Positions 12,271 through 26,200 of a stretch of DNA of 64,000 nucleotides are shown here, piece after piece. The position numbers were made by a program, and so were the translations under genes. Where the stretch lies: assembly GCA_004022145.1 (NCBI GenBank), contig RCNU01000001.1. The stretch is one strand, 5' to 3'. Source of the DNA: Paecilomyces variotii. Taxonomy: Eukaryota. The first letter of the stretch is position 1, and each line of letters begins with the position of its first letter. Under the pieces are notes generated by a model, which saw only the letters and a list, made by a program, of their open reading frames with translations, was not told the DNA's origin and did not search any database.

Positions 12271-13446
12271 TTAACTGGCGAGTTCTAAGAATTAACCGGC
12301 CAAAAGCCGTTGAGAACGTTTGTACTGAACTGAGCGCTTCCCAGCCTCAGATGCCTGGATATTCAGCTAGACGATAGCTAGACGATGATAATGCAAGCAA
12401 CAAACCCAAATCGACGGCCCAAAGGAACCGAAATGGAGACACGAGGCATTCGAGCTCCCTACTGGAGTAATATTTTAATTCTGCTTGACGCTGGCTGGAC
12501 CTGGCATAAGAATATCTGCCCTGAACTCGACCACCGCCAGTCCATCGGCGTGGACGAGATCCCCATGTCTCGGATGCTCGCGCGACTCTCTCGACCAGAC
12601 TTCTCCCGGCTTCCGCCAGGTCACTTTTTACTATTTCTGTCGACACATTCGGCTGAGCCCGCCGGAAAGCCGGTGCCTGGCAGGGATCGACGAGATCTCA
12701 TGGCTGCGCTTCTGCCATTGTCACCTTCCACTGCTGGTTAATCGCGTCCGGCGCTGCTGAGATACGACGTCGCGAAGCTTCTCCGGCATGAGCCTAAAAG
12801 CTCCGTTTGCTGAGGAGAGCGAATGGCGGTTGAGATGATTGATAACCGAACCAGCCATGGTGGAGTCAAAACCGTGTTCCCCCGCGCCCTAGATTGGATC
12901 GCCGTATATTTGCCGGCCGATATGATGATACGACGGGATCGGGATGTTCCACGACCATCACAATCATGAAGATTGCAGGAGACTCATGGTTTCTAGCGGA
13001 GCTGGTACGACAGAGTCTTGTTTGTCTGCATTCCTGTTTCCGTGACCCTACGCGAGCAGCCCGGAATGTCTACGAAGTAATAAGAACAGCACGTACAGAC
13101 AAGGGCTATGCTACGAAAGTAAGCAGTGGCTTCATGCGCCATCAATGCTTAACAGCCTTAGCTCCATGGATAACGGTTCCACCAACCCTCGCATCACCAG
13201 TCATGTATGGTCGACCTACGGAGTAGTCGGTCACAATCAGCGCCAATGACGGAATCCATTGATCGACAACTCGTTTCCGGCTGCGATGCTCACAGCCCGG
13301 TCTCTGCAGTCAACGCCGTTCGCCATGTCCGATTAGTGGCACTGTGGCACGCGTCTGGACGAGCGAGTGCGTATATATAGACTCCTCACGATGGCCCTCC
13401 CTAGGCAATCACACGAGTGCCTCTGCCAACCGTTCGAGGGCCGACA

Positions 13447-15271
13447 ATGCATCTCCTCGCCCCAATTGCTCTCTTCCTCGGTGCCGCTGCGGCCTTGCAG
13501 AGCCCGCACAAGAGGGTCGCGAAGCGGACTCCCAAGGCGCCTGTGCATCGACAGGAGGCTCGTTCAGTCCAGGACAGCCAGAAGCCACGCTACCTAAACC
13601 CCAAGTCGCAGAGTATGGACTCCCTTTCTGAAACTATAGAAGTTCTCCCAGGAACGAAACTAATCGACACTTTCTACAATAAGAGTTCGCCGTCAATGGC
13701 AGCGCTATCCCCGAAGTCGACTTCGATATCGGCGAGTCCTATGCAGGAACCTTGCCCAACACTCCGTCCGGCAACTCTACTCTGTTCTTTTGGTTCTTCC
13801 CATCGGAGAATCCCAAGGCTTCGGACGAGGTAAACATTCGATTGTAACCGCCATTCGATCGCATGCATGGGCTAAACAATGTATTTCAGATCACTATCTG
13901 GTTGAACGGCGGTCCGGGCTGCAGTTCCCTGGACGGCTTGCTGCAAGAAAATGGACCTTTCCTATGGCAATCAGGAACCTACCGTCCGATTCGAAACCCT
14001 TACTCCTGGACCAACCTCACCAACGTAGTCTATGTCGACCAGCCAGCCGGAACCGGTTTCTCTCCGGGACCTCCCACCGTCAACAATGAGATCGACGTGG
14101 CAAACCAGTTTAACGACTTTTGGAAGAACTTCATGGACACGTTCGAGCTTCAAGGCCGCAAGGTGTACATCACTGGCGAGAGTTACGCTGGTATGTACGT
14201 TCCGTACATTGCGGCCAGTATGCTGGACAAGAACGACACCAAGTACTTCAACGTGAAGGGCATCCAGATTAACGACCCTTCTATCAACGAGGACGATACT
14301 CTGATATATGGTATGATCGAGCTCTTTTTAACCTTCAATAGCAACACAAACTAATGGAAATAGCCCCTGCCGTACCGGCATTGAACTACTTCAAGTCCGT
14401 TCTGCCGCTCAATGAATCTTTCATGACCGAGATCAACGAACGGGCCGAGAAATGCGGCTACTTTGATTTCCTGGACAAGGCCCTCACATACCCGCCTACT
14501 GGCAAGCTGCCCACAGCCCCCAACTCGTCCGAGCCCGGCTGCGACGTTTGGGACGTTACCTACGCAGCCCTCCTGGACATCAACCCCTGCTTCAACATCT
14601 ACCATCTCACGGACTTCTGCCCGTACCTCTGGGATGAGATGGGCTTCCCCTCTCTGGCAGGCGGCCCGAACGACTACTTCAACCGCTCCGACGTCCAAGC
14701 CGCTATCCACGCTCCGCCCACAGACTACTCCGTCTGCGGTGAAACGGACATCTTCCCCAATGGCGATGGCTCACTTCCCAGCGCTCTCGGTCCCCTACCA
14801 AGCGTGATCGAGCGTACCAACAACACCATCATCGGCCACGGATGGTTGGACTACCTCCTCTTCATGAACGGTACTCTCGCGACTATCCAGAACATGACCT
14901 GGAACGGAGCTCAGGGTTTCCAGAAACCACCTGTCGAGCCTCTCTATGTCCCTTACCACTGGGGTCTGGCTGAGCTCGCTAATGGAACTGTCTCGGCTCC
15001 GTTCACGCAGGATGCTGGTGCCGGATACCTCGGTACAGCGCACACGGAGCGTGGCCTGACTTTCACCTCTGTTTATCTTTCTGGACATGGTAAGTTTTGA
15101 AAACAAATATATTCTCTTTGTGGTGAAGGGAATCTGGTAAGGAGAAGTTGGCTAATGATGGTGATTGTAGAAATCCCGCAATACGTCCCTGGTGCGGCCT
15201 ACCGACAGTTGGAATTCCTGCTTGGCAGAATTGGAAACTTGTCTGAGCAGACGGGATATACGACTCTGTAA
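13447..15271 (+). CDS. Secreted serine carboxypeptidase (peptidase S10, PepF/CpdS type)
   Basis: Signal peptide [16 protein letters not shown], then [20 protein letters not shown], catalytic GESYAG and SGHEIPQY. Introns 13613-13683, 13830-13889, 14311-14363 and 15090-15170. Confidence 0.93.
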
Positions 15272-15893
15272 TCACTGGTTACATTGTAGATGAAATAATG
15301 TGTACATAGATCTACTACTGGAACTTTATGGAGAGGTCTTCCAGCCTGCTTAGGAGAAGCAATGTACAGTGTGGTCATCTGGTCAGAAATACGGAAGAAC
15401 CACTATATATGCAAGTAGATGTGCCATCTATTCTACATTGTGTAGTCCAGCAACAGGTATCATGGAAAATGACTAATATGGTAGAGTACATCGATGTGTA
15501 TGTACAAGGGCCCATCGTCCTTAGATAGCAAGCCTTCGTGCTTTGAGAAGAGTATAAAACACGGACTGCTGAAAAGGAGACATGATGGAGAGCAGTTGGA
15601 TGCTTCTTTTCAAATATCTGCGAGAGAGGCAGTTGGATGCTCTTCTCTCCGATTCGTTGCGAAATGAAAGTTTGTAAATCTCCGAATCTGGTTCACTCGT
15701 CTTCCGCAACATCCCCCGCGGGATGTCGCTGCTCCACAACCCAAGCAGACAGAGCAACGACTATCAGTCTGATCTCAAGAAGCTTCTCATCCACACCTGC
15801 TTCTCCGACGGCATAGCACGGTACGAGGTCTCTATAAGTGACCACAGTAGTGCTGAAACTCGGCCGAACAAGGGGGTTATCCCCCGTCCTCTT

Positions 15894-17513
15894 TTACCAA
15901 GCTGTGATATCCTCCACTTCAGCCTCTCCAAATGTGCTGCTCTTGGTCAACTTGCCCACTGTGTCAACAGCGGCGTCGTTTGCCTCTTTGGACATAATAT
16001 CTGGGAGCACCTCTCGGAAAAACTCCAGGATATGACGGTTGACCTGCTCAAACTGAAGCAGGAAAGCGTCGTGACCCTCCGGGCTTTCAATCCGCTTCAG
16101 TCGTGAGTCTGGGATTCCAGCGGCGATTTCCATCTGCTCTTCGAAAGTAAAGAGTCCGTCACTCTCAATTCCGATGACCAGAGCAGGTTGTTGAATAAGC
16201 GACAGGGCGTCCTTGACAGGATCGGAAGATTTTGGATCAGCACGATAGCGAGACACGTCGTGGGTGTCCAGCTTGCGGGTAATTGCAATATAGCAGTTAC
16301 TGTCGAATCGTTTTACAAATTTCTCGCCTTGGTAACGCAGATACGACTGGGCCGAAAAGTAGGTGGTTGGCCGTCTCGTGGCGTTTGAACCGTGACTAGT
16401 AGGTTTTACGGAAGCCGTAAAGGTGGTGGTTCCACTGAATTGGGGATCCGTGAACTGCACCTCGGCCTGAGGAGTGGGAGAGCCAGGCGCACTGGGGGGT
16501 CGGGAAGATCGTGTGCTCTTGTGACCATCGTTATGGATAGCCCAGTGTTCATTTGGTGGGCTGGGAAGCCTCTCTTTGCCATCCATGTTTTGCCGCTTCG
16601 AGGGATCGGGAACGTTTCTACCGAACCTCGACTCGAAGGAGTTGCGACTCCTGTATGTGAGAAGGGCTGACATACGAGCAGCACCTAGTCCAGTGGTTGG
16701 AGGATCGTCAAAGGCATAGTAGCCATCCTCGTATTTAGGATCACTGTAGATGCTCTGTCTCTGGGCTTCTCCCCAACTGATGCACCAAGCAGAGTGCCGT
16801 GCTGATGTGGCAATTGGGACGATAGCTCGCACGTAGTCTTTGCCGAAATAAGCGTATTCGAGGGTCAACATTCCTCCCATGGATCCTCCAACCACAGCAG
16901 CGATCTGTCTAACACCCAGATCATCTAGAACGAGCTTGTGGATTCTGGATGTACAATTAGCTACAGTTCCACGAGGCGCATGGATCGTTGCACTAACCTA
17001 ACATCATCTCTGATAGTTGTCAAGGGAAACTCCGGGCCATATCTTTCTTTGCTTCGGTCACCGTCCTTGTATGTCACAGGGCTGGCGCTCCCATACGGAC
17101 TACCCAGACTGTTCAAGCAGATGACGAAGAACCGCGACACATCAAACGCTTGGCCGGGACCACCCAGAAGGGGACCCCACCAGTCCGCGACATCAGCACT
17201 GCCACTCAAAGCATGGCAGATCACCAGAGCATTATCTCCGGATGGGGACAGCTTGCCCCAGGTTTTGTATGCCACTGGAACATTGTACAGAGTTACCCCC
17301 GATTCAAGGGTGAATTCAGGTACAACAGCAATCGACTGATCGGTAATGAGTTGTGAAAACGGGTTCTCAGGTTGGGAATCGACTCTCTCTACGGGATTTA
17401 GTAGCTGTCCAACCGGGGCATGCCTTGATCAAAGCAATTGAGAGCGGGGAAGAGAATGGGGAATACTGACGGAGTCGCGGGCCAGCAGCGTGGCTGGCGT
17501 TGGCGTCGGTCAT
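15894..17513 (-). CDS. met2: Homoserine O-acetyltransferase
   Basis: FTLESGVTL..VPVAYKTWG, NALVICHALSGS, GGSMGGM nucleophile elbow and EGHDAFLL. Two introns (~17390-17470 and ~16950-16997). Confidence 0.95.
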
Positions 17514-17600
17514 CTTGATGACCTGGATAAAGAAGAGATATGCTTGATTGTATAAATAGAGATGAGGGAGACGATTTAAATAAACGAGCTCACTTTGGAC

Positions 17601-17607
17601 TGACTCA
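17601..17607. promoter_or_regulatory. Gcn4/CpcA-type element TGACTCA upstream of met2
   Basis: Exact TGACTCA ~90 bp upstream of the met2 ATG. A second ATGACTC lies at ~17684 and a CCAAT box at ~17707. Confidence 0.5.
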
Positions 17608-17946
17608 TTCCATCATGGACAGTTAGTTAGGCCAACGAAGCGGGACAGAAGAAGGAAAATTGGGGGGGAAAGAAAATGGCAGAATGACTCGCCGCCTCAC
17701 TATGGGCCAATCAGAGCCTGTTTTTCCTTTGGCGGCAGAATTCCCGTCGAATTTTCGGCATGTGGTATACTGCCGGGCGGTGAGGCAGGTTTCTCGGTCA
17801 AGATGGTTGTTGTTAAGTGGGTTTATTAAGATGATTCCTGTAAGAAGATACTAAAACATCTAATCCAACGCCTGTCACGTTGCAATTGGACCATTATCCA
17901 AAATCTACGATTGCTCACATATCAAAACATGACCCAATGATAGATC

Positions 17947-19912
17947 CTAAACAACCAAAATTCTTACACCTTTGCTGTCCAGTTTCACTCGCGGTGTGAA
18001 GAAGTCATATTTATAACGCACGTCGCTCTTGTCCGTTTGATATAATTTGTAGTCGAACCGTCGGAACATCATGCCCATGACGAAAAAGAGCTCGGCCCAA
18101 GCGAGACTGTCCACAACATTGTCCATTTGGTCAGTTTCGGTCATTTGAAAGACTTTGGAAATAACCAAAAAGAGAGAAAAGAAAAGGCGCAAATGTGATA
18201 GCAGGAAGATTTATGCCAATCTAGCAACTTACTTTATTCCCAAGCACATCCTAGTACCCCTTCCAAAAGCCAACAAATAGTGCTCCAGCGGCTGGCCGTC
18301 GGGAGCCCTAGGATCATCAAGCCATCGCTCCGGATGGAACTTGAAGGAATCCGGAAAAAGTATTTCATCGTGATGCACATCTACAATGGTCATGCTGACC
18401 GTTGTGCCTTTCGGGATCGTATACTGATCGTTATACCGCAGGTCACGATCAGGATGCCGCCGCGGATTACGAGCAGATATACCGTAAGACAGACGGAGAG
18501 ACTCCTGGATACAAGCCTTCAGGTAAGGGAGTTTCTCGAGCTCGAGAAGCGAAGGCATTACAGTGTCGCCGTTGGGGAAGGCGTCATGCAACTCATTCTT
18601 GAGACGTCGGTAGATAGCCGGCGTGTCCACGATGTGAAAGATGCCAACGGTCAACGCGAATGCCGTAGTTTCAACACCAGCGGCAACAAGGATGGTAGCT
18701 TCGTCAGCGAGGCGTTGCTGCGCTTTGTCGCTGGCGGGGAGCGTCGTCGAAGAGAGTATTTCACGGAAGATGGTTGTCCCAGTCTTCAAGTCTTCTTGTT
18801 TCTCCGGCTTCCCGCTGAGTTGGCTATTGATGGCATGGCCTATTATAGACCATTGGTCCTAGGTAGGCCTGTCAGCCTTCCGCACTTTCTTCACATGGAG
18901 GAAAGAGAAAAAAAAAAATACTCGTTTGAGGCGAAGCAAGCTCGCCATGCTTGGTAGAATCATTTCCATCCATGCATCGGGTATAGAATTCAGCGCCTTA
19001 CATTCTGTCAGTTAGGTAGGGTAGACACAGCAACGGCAGACAAAGGCATAGATTACAGTAGTGACCCACGGAAAAAAAGACGCAACGTGCGCTGAGCCCC
19101 CAATCGCCATTAACGCCTCATGAAATGAGTCAAATGTCGGCGACTCGAGCTGTTTATAGCTAAAGCCAAAGGCGTACTCCATAATTATATCACCCGTGAA
19201 GGCAGGTAACATCCCGGTCACCGAGAGAGGTTGCTTGCTTGCTTTGAATTCGGCGATTCGCTCACACAACAGCTCGGTTTGCTGCTGGATGAGATGTTCT
19301 AGAGAGAGGACAGAGCGGCGAGAGAACCTTTTTCCTGTTAGGTGATTGCGACTAGAATTGAATAGCAAGAGAGATTAGGTATTACATCGGATTGAGGACG
19401 GCACGTCGTCTTCGATGAGTCGAGGCATCGGCTGTCGTGAATACTGACGACGGGCTACCAAATTTGACGTCCCATCCGGGCTTCTCGACGCGCGAATTCT
19501 TTGCGTAGACTTCATCGTAAAAGGCTGAATCGCGGATGTGAATCTCATCGGGTGCAACCCGGACAATGGGACCTGATTTTATTGCACGATGACTTAGTTT
19601 AAGAGATCCTTTTTTTTATTCTCTTTGTCTCTAGTCGCAAAAAGGGGGAAAGGAGATACCGTAGATATCATGCAACTTGTTAATGTGGAAGGAGTACTGC
19701 CCGCTCAGCACGATCTCATAGTAAGCCTCGTACCACCTTGTCAGAGCTGGCAGTCTCGGACCTGGGATATGCGCCAATGGACTGAAATACAAACGGTACA
19801 CGGCAACAAGAACAACATATAATGACCAGAAAGCTAGGATGGTAGTCCAGAAGACCACAGCGAATGAAGGCTGGACGCCGATGCCGACGCCAACCGCATC
19901 GAAGTCGACCAT
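17947..19912 (-). CDS. Cytochrome P450 (CYP58/trichodiene oxygenase-like clan), copy 1
   Basis: TM anchor, PLAHIPGP, GPIVRVAPDEIHI, I-helix AAGVETT, ExxR (ESLR), PERW and heme motif FGRGTRMCLG. The exons splice in frame. Confidence 0.93.
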
Positions 19913-20769
19913 GCTGGCGGATTTTGCAGAGGTTGGCGATCAGGAGAGGAAATACCTAGCAGCAGCCTTTCTCATACCTAGAAATCGGAACAAAGGCATT
20001 AGTTATCTCCTTTGAAGGCGGGGTTTGCTAGCTTAGCTTCACGACAACTGCGCTATATAAGATCCCCTTCTCGATACCTTCACACTGGCGGGGTCAGTTG
20101 AGGCGTGTAGCCTCATCCATGCAATATTGCCGATCAATCAACTGCTGAAAACGTCGCACCGGCGACTGTCAGCCGCGCTACCGATGATACCACCCCTCCC
20201 ACAGCATCTGTCATAGTTATCCAAGGGATTTTCGAGTATATCCCGGTGGCTGATACTAGTTACATGACAGGCGTTGGGTTGCAGAGAATATATACGACTG
20301 CCTGACTGTGTCTAAGACTTACCATCTCGTTTCCATCGACAGCCTTGCCAAATTTTTAAATCTTTAGCCTAGACTAGAAAGGACCATCAAGTGCAGTAAA
20401 AGAGGTATGCTTTGTCAAGTTTCCTTTCTGCACAATTCGCTTCCTGAGCAGTATTAGAACTGATAATAAAAGATACCTCGGAGGTGCGAGTACTGACTAT
20501 GAATTTCTCGAAATAGACAACGGTTTCTTCTTCTTCTTCTTCTTTTTTTTTACGAGATACTTCTCTGCGTTTGTAATCTGGTTTTCTTCGTAAGTTTCTG
20601 CTCGGTAGAAGTGTATCCAAATAACTCCCTTTGAATGATCCTTAACGACTATTATATTCCGAGGTTTAGGACCTCCCGCGTTGTATGAGCGCTTTATGTT
20701 TTTTTTTTTTCAGGACGCCGTTGATGAAATTATCCATCCGTCGCTGCGTATCTCCACGGGGATGCCTTT

Positions 20770-22504
20770 CTACAGACTGCTAGTAACCTTAATGCGCACA
20801 CCCTGCGAATCTAATCTCGGGCACGGAACAAAGAAGTCGCGTTCTGGTTTTACATCGTCGACCGTGGTCTCGAAGAGATCCATCTCGAAACGAGCTGCGA
20901 CAGTGGACAGGGTAAGGTATAATTCTGCCCAAGCGAGGCTGCGAAGTTCAGTTATGTGAATCAGTAAGACGAGATACGAAAGGGGAGGGGGGGTTGTACT
21001 TTATGCCCAGACATGACCGACTTCCTTTAGAAAAGGGTACCAAATACCGCTCTAATCGGACGCCATTCTTCTTCTGTTCAAGCCATCGTTCGGGTATGAA
21101 CTCTTCAGGATCCGGAAATATACTGGGGTCCTGATGGATGAAGTAAACACTTTCGCTTACAGGGGTCTGGAAAGGTCATCAGCGATCGAAGTCAAGATTC
21201 AGCTTCATGGACCTTACTCCAGGAGGGATTATCCAATCACGGTATTGAAGAGGTTCATGTGCAATCCGTGGTAAGCGACTCATAACGCCAACTTTCAACC
21301 GCAGACCTTCACGGATGACCGCAGTCTAGACAAAAAAAAGTTGGTCGACGCTCTCTGTATCAAATGAGCCACTGAGGACTTACCAGATACGGGAGCTTCT
21401 CTAGATACGGCAGTCGGGGTTTGCCATCTGGTATTGATGCTAATTCCTCCCGCAATTTGTTTAGAATCGTCTTATCCCTAAGTAGATAGAACGTAATGAG
21501 CGTTAACGTTCCCGCTGTCGTTTCGCTGCCAGCACCGACCACGGACTGCCCTTCGTCAATTAATCGATCCGCTGATTTCTCTTCTGGTGGAAGATCACTA
21601 TCGAGCATTGTGTGGAAGATAGTTCCATTATTTTTATTCCCCTTAGTATGTTCTTCCATCATGATCGTAACTTTGTCTTTGACTATATTTGCCCATTCCA
21701 TCAATGCAGCTGCGTTTGGGTCAACCTTCTGCAGAATTGACATGGGGACAGATTGTAGTATCGGCAGCACCCACGGAAAGTTGCGTAGGAGGATCCCATT
21801 CTCCAGTGCTGAAACAACAGCATATCTCCAGGTGAGTCGAAAATCTTCATGCGCGAGGTAATTGTAGCTCTCCCCATATGCGTAATGACAGATGACGTCC
21901 ATGCTTAGAGCCATGTAGGCAGCATCCAATCGGATGACTACCTGAGCCTGGATTGCTTCCCGTAGACGGGCACACAGCCTTTCAATCTTTTCCACAATCA
22001 ACGGTTCCATACGTGCAACTGCTTGCTTGGAGAAGAATGGATTGAGCGCACCCCGTCTCAGACGGTGATGGTTGTGAGAAACCGTGGCGAAGGAAGCCTC
22101 TGGTGTACCAGCGAGGACTACCCAATGCTTATATTTGTCTCTCTTTCTGGATGCAGGAGCATAGAGCTCATCGTAGAAATCAGGATCTCTAATATGGAGT
22201 TCATGTGGGTTAATGCGGACGATGGGCCCTATAAGGGATCAGTCTCCGGAGCGGTGAACTCAGATGGAGGTCGAAAAGCTTTACCGAATTCCTGATGCAT
22301 TTCCTGGATTTTCCACACAAACATCCCGCGGCGGATCAAGTCATGGTAGGTTTCATACCAGCCTGTCAGAGCGGCGATTTTCGGCCCAGGAAACTTCGCG
22401 AGCGGATGAAAATACAGTCTGTATATAGCGCCACAGATCAGGTAAAGAGCCCCAGCCACAAGAGCGGCGTAAGCCAGATTTCCAAGAGAGACTTGTACTA
22501 CCAT
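20770..22504 (-). CDS. Cytochrome P450 (CYP58-like clan), copy 2
   Basis: PLAKFPGP, GPIVRINPHELHI, GAGSETT, EGLR, PERW and heme motif FSKGSRSCLG. Four introns. Ends GVRIKVTSSL*. Confidence 0.93.
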
Positions 22505-22835
22505 GCTGGGTAATTACCCAAGGTAATGTTGCGAATATTGTTGTCGGTAACGGATTTCTTGGTGGGGATGGTGAGTTGGATGGAGAACCCACGTTCTACA
22601 ACGGGGGTGCAAGGACATTTGGCCCCATTAACGAACGCTTTAAGTAGCGGGCTGAAGGGGGGTGGTCAGACGTGGACTGTGCCCCAGCTGCATATTATAC
22701 GTAGCGTAGGTCCCTTGAGCTTTCACTAACCGAACTACAAATTGTATATCATTAGGAGAGCTAATAAGCGTGTCTCTATGAACCAAAGACTCGTACTAGC
22801 GGCCAGAAGAAACGAACTTTTGCTTCGCGTCAATA

Positions 22836-23090
22836 ATGTATACATTAATTGAAGGTGCAACGTGTTGGACCTGCCGAGTAAGATTTAAAAAGTGTGATAA
22901 GAACCGCCCCATTTGCGAGAGTTGCACTGCGTTGGGCATCGATTGCTTTTATAGCTCCAATTGTCAACTCGTCCACTTAATATCACTACATATATTCTAC
23001 TCGATGACTACAAGTGCGATATGTACAGTAGATTGTTCTTCCGGCCTGACAGTTGAAATATTCTCCTCCAACATCTCTACATCGAGATGA
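22836..23090 (+). pseudogene. Isolated or truncated Zn(II)2Cys6 transcription-factor DNA-binding domain
   Basis: [28 protein letters not shown] at 22863-22946 has perfect C6 spacing. There is no room for a downstream regulatory domain before the convergent gene ending at 23235. Confidence 0.7.
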
Positions 23091-23234
23091 TATATCTGTG
23101 TAATTTGTAAGGTAAAATTCTAACTTTGATAGAGGTAACTTCATCTTCCAACATGTCTCACGTTGTGTAACCTCTGGATAACTGGGATTTCTTGGAATAT
23201 CGGCTGCGGTGATTCAGTCTCAGGAATAGAGAAT

Positions 23235-26200
23235 TCAAGCACCAGGGTATGCTCTCAGCCACTCAGCAATTTCAATGTGGCCTTCTTTCTGCGCGTAGCC
23301 CGCCGCGCTCGTGCAGACAGCTCTTAGATCCTCCGGTCCTTGATAGACATTCAAAAGCAATTGCAGCATATCCCATCGCCCATTCTCTGCAGCGCCAACG
23401 ATCGCTGTCCGTCCCTCAATTGGTGCTGCTGGTGCTGCAACGTCTGCTCCACGCTGTAGAAGTGTAATGGCTACCTGAATGAAGCCCTTCATTGCAGCTG
23501 CCTGAAGGGCAGTCGCTCCGAAGTATTCCGCGGGAGGCGCATTCACATCCGGGTTACGTTCCAAAATGAGATTTATGGTGTCCATATTGTCCGACAATAT
23601 CGCTTCCTGAAGAGGTGTTCCTGCTCCTGACGTAGCGGGGATGTGTACTGACGCGCCTTTATCAAGAAGAACAGAAATAGGAATACAGGTCCCCCATTTG
23701 TATTTCATAATACGCTGCAAAAATGTCGTTTTGTGTTCCTTGTGGTGCCAGTTGATATCGGCATCTATCTCCAGAAAAGATTCAAATAAACGTGATCCCT
23801 CGTTCTCTGATTCATGATCAAGTGGAAGACAATCCCATGCCTGCCGGATGTGTTCGTCCCGCAAAGGCTTCGGAAGAGTCAGTATCCTATCAAGGATCAA
23901 CTGCGTAATCTCATTATCCTCCTTAAGATGATATAAAGCCTGTGCAAAAGGCGATCTGCCGTTGATAATATCGAGTATGCCGTCTGTTTCCAGAAGGAGA
24001 TCGATTATCTCATGCACACCATCCTTACGTACTGCGTCCCAAAGAGCATACCCAATGTAAATGGGGGTTTTGTTTTCCAAGAACAGCTCCACCAATTCTC
24101 TATTCCTGTGACGGATGGCCCAGCTTAACGAACTCTCCAAATGATAATAGTCGTCAATATTGGCGCCATGTTGTAAAAGATATTTTACCCCATCCGGCCA
24201 GTCAGCCTTAGAAGCTTCCTGAAGAGGAGTCCCACAAACGGAAGAAGCTGGAGCATTCACATCTGCATCATTTTGGATGAGGATTGCCATCATCGAAAGG
24301 TCCCTATGGCGTATGGCAGCTTGAAGAGCAGTCCTACCTCTGTATTTAGATCCTGGCGCATTCACATTCGCCCCCAGGCCTATAAGGTATTTCAGCAATT
24401 CAGTATGACCGCCATCTGCCACCGCTTCTACAGCGGTAAGGCCTCTCTCAAGCGCTGGGGGGGCGTGTAGATCAGCACCATTGGCATACAGAAATTCAAA
24501 CATATGCCTATGACCTCTGCTTAAAGCAGCCTGTAGCGCAGTCATTCCTCCTGTATAACAGGCAGGCGCATTCAGGCTAGCGCCTTGCTGCAACAAAGCC
24601 AGGGCAATAGGAATACTTCCACTTTCCGCACATGCCTGGATAGCTGTTCGGCCAATGAATGTAGCAGGGGGGGCGTTCACGTCAGCTCCATTCATTAGTA
24701 ATAGCGAAACAATTTCTTCGTTCCCCAGCTTGGCTGATATCTGAAGCGCGGTATCCCCGTAACCCGTAAAAGTTCTGGAATCAGGATCGACTCCGACAGA
24801 GAGGAACTGAGCGACAAGGCCAAAGTTTTGATTCTCAGCTGCGTATTGGATTGCAGTTGAAACGTTATTGTGATACTCATAAAGTTGCGTGTCTCTCAAG
24901 ATGTCCAGGCTATCAAAAAAAGTGGTTCCAAAAGGGGGGTAGGGATAGACAATTGCTGAGGCTCCATGTTCTAATAGTATCTGTACAATCTGAGAATTAT
25001 CGTTTTTGGCAGCAATTTGGATCGGAGTTTCAAGGGAACACGAGTAAAAAGGCCCGACTATACCACGCAGCTCGTATTCGGCACCATTAGGGGCATTAAC
25101 GTCGGCACCCGCTTCAATGAGAGCCTTCACCAACTCTAAATCATCACAGACAGTAGCTGCCTGTAGAGCAGTCCCGTAATACTTTGGTAGGTAAACATTC
25201 ACCCTAGCTCCTTTCCTTAAGAGAAGAGCCACAGCCTCAAGATTGCCCATTGATGCGGCAAAAAGTAGAGGGTACCCAGGCTCTACATCCATGATAAAGC
25301 GTTCAGGATCCGCTCCACAGGCGAGAAGTGTACGTAACACTGGAGTTCTTTCTCGATTCATTAGGGTCCGAACCCGATTCCAGCCATTCGGTTTGGCAAT
25401 CTGAGGCCTCGCTCCTGCTTTACACAACAATTCAACCATTGCCAGGTCATCATTACGAACTGCTGCACAGAGTGGACTCCATACGAATGTGTCAGGGTGA
25501 ACTCCATGTTCCATAATTTTCCCAGCAAGTGAAGTGTCTCCTGAATAAACAGCCTCGAGGAATAGCTTTCTCAACAATATCTTGAGAAAGGGTGGTGTCG
25601 GTGAGCAGACCCTAGCTAATTGTTCCGTCGTCAGTCCTCCAAAGAACGAAGATATTGGCTGGTGGATGAGTAGATTATTGATAAGCATGATAATAAAACA
25701 GTTTATCAAGCGTCTCACAGTCGAAATCGGAGGCATGATTCCCGAATTATCACACACACTGTTCGAATAGGCCTCTTTATGTTCCAGGGCCTCTGGAAGT
25801 ACATAGTGGAAGAAAAATTGATCGTTTCCATCCGCCGTATCAGACCGTACATATGACAGCGCATTTCCTCGGAGAATGTCGGGGCTTTTTCGAAGTGTCG
25901 AGATTTGGTGTCTTATTGTCCGCAAGCAATCAAGGTCATATGATTGACTCCAAGTCTTTCCTATTCTGTCAAGAACGCGAATTGCGTGTCGGGCATACAG
26001 CTCGGCACCCCTTGCGCGTCCGGCATTATGAAGCGGGAACGTTTCACGTAACATATGTTGTACTACCGATAGTCAGATATCATTCATATATCCACTCCAA
26101 CCCCTTTTTCAATAATTAAAAACGAGGGATACATACTGAAAGTTTGGACTCTCTCCTTGAACTGCACCGATGGCAAGTTACCGATGTAGACCTCACGATG

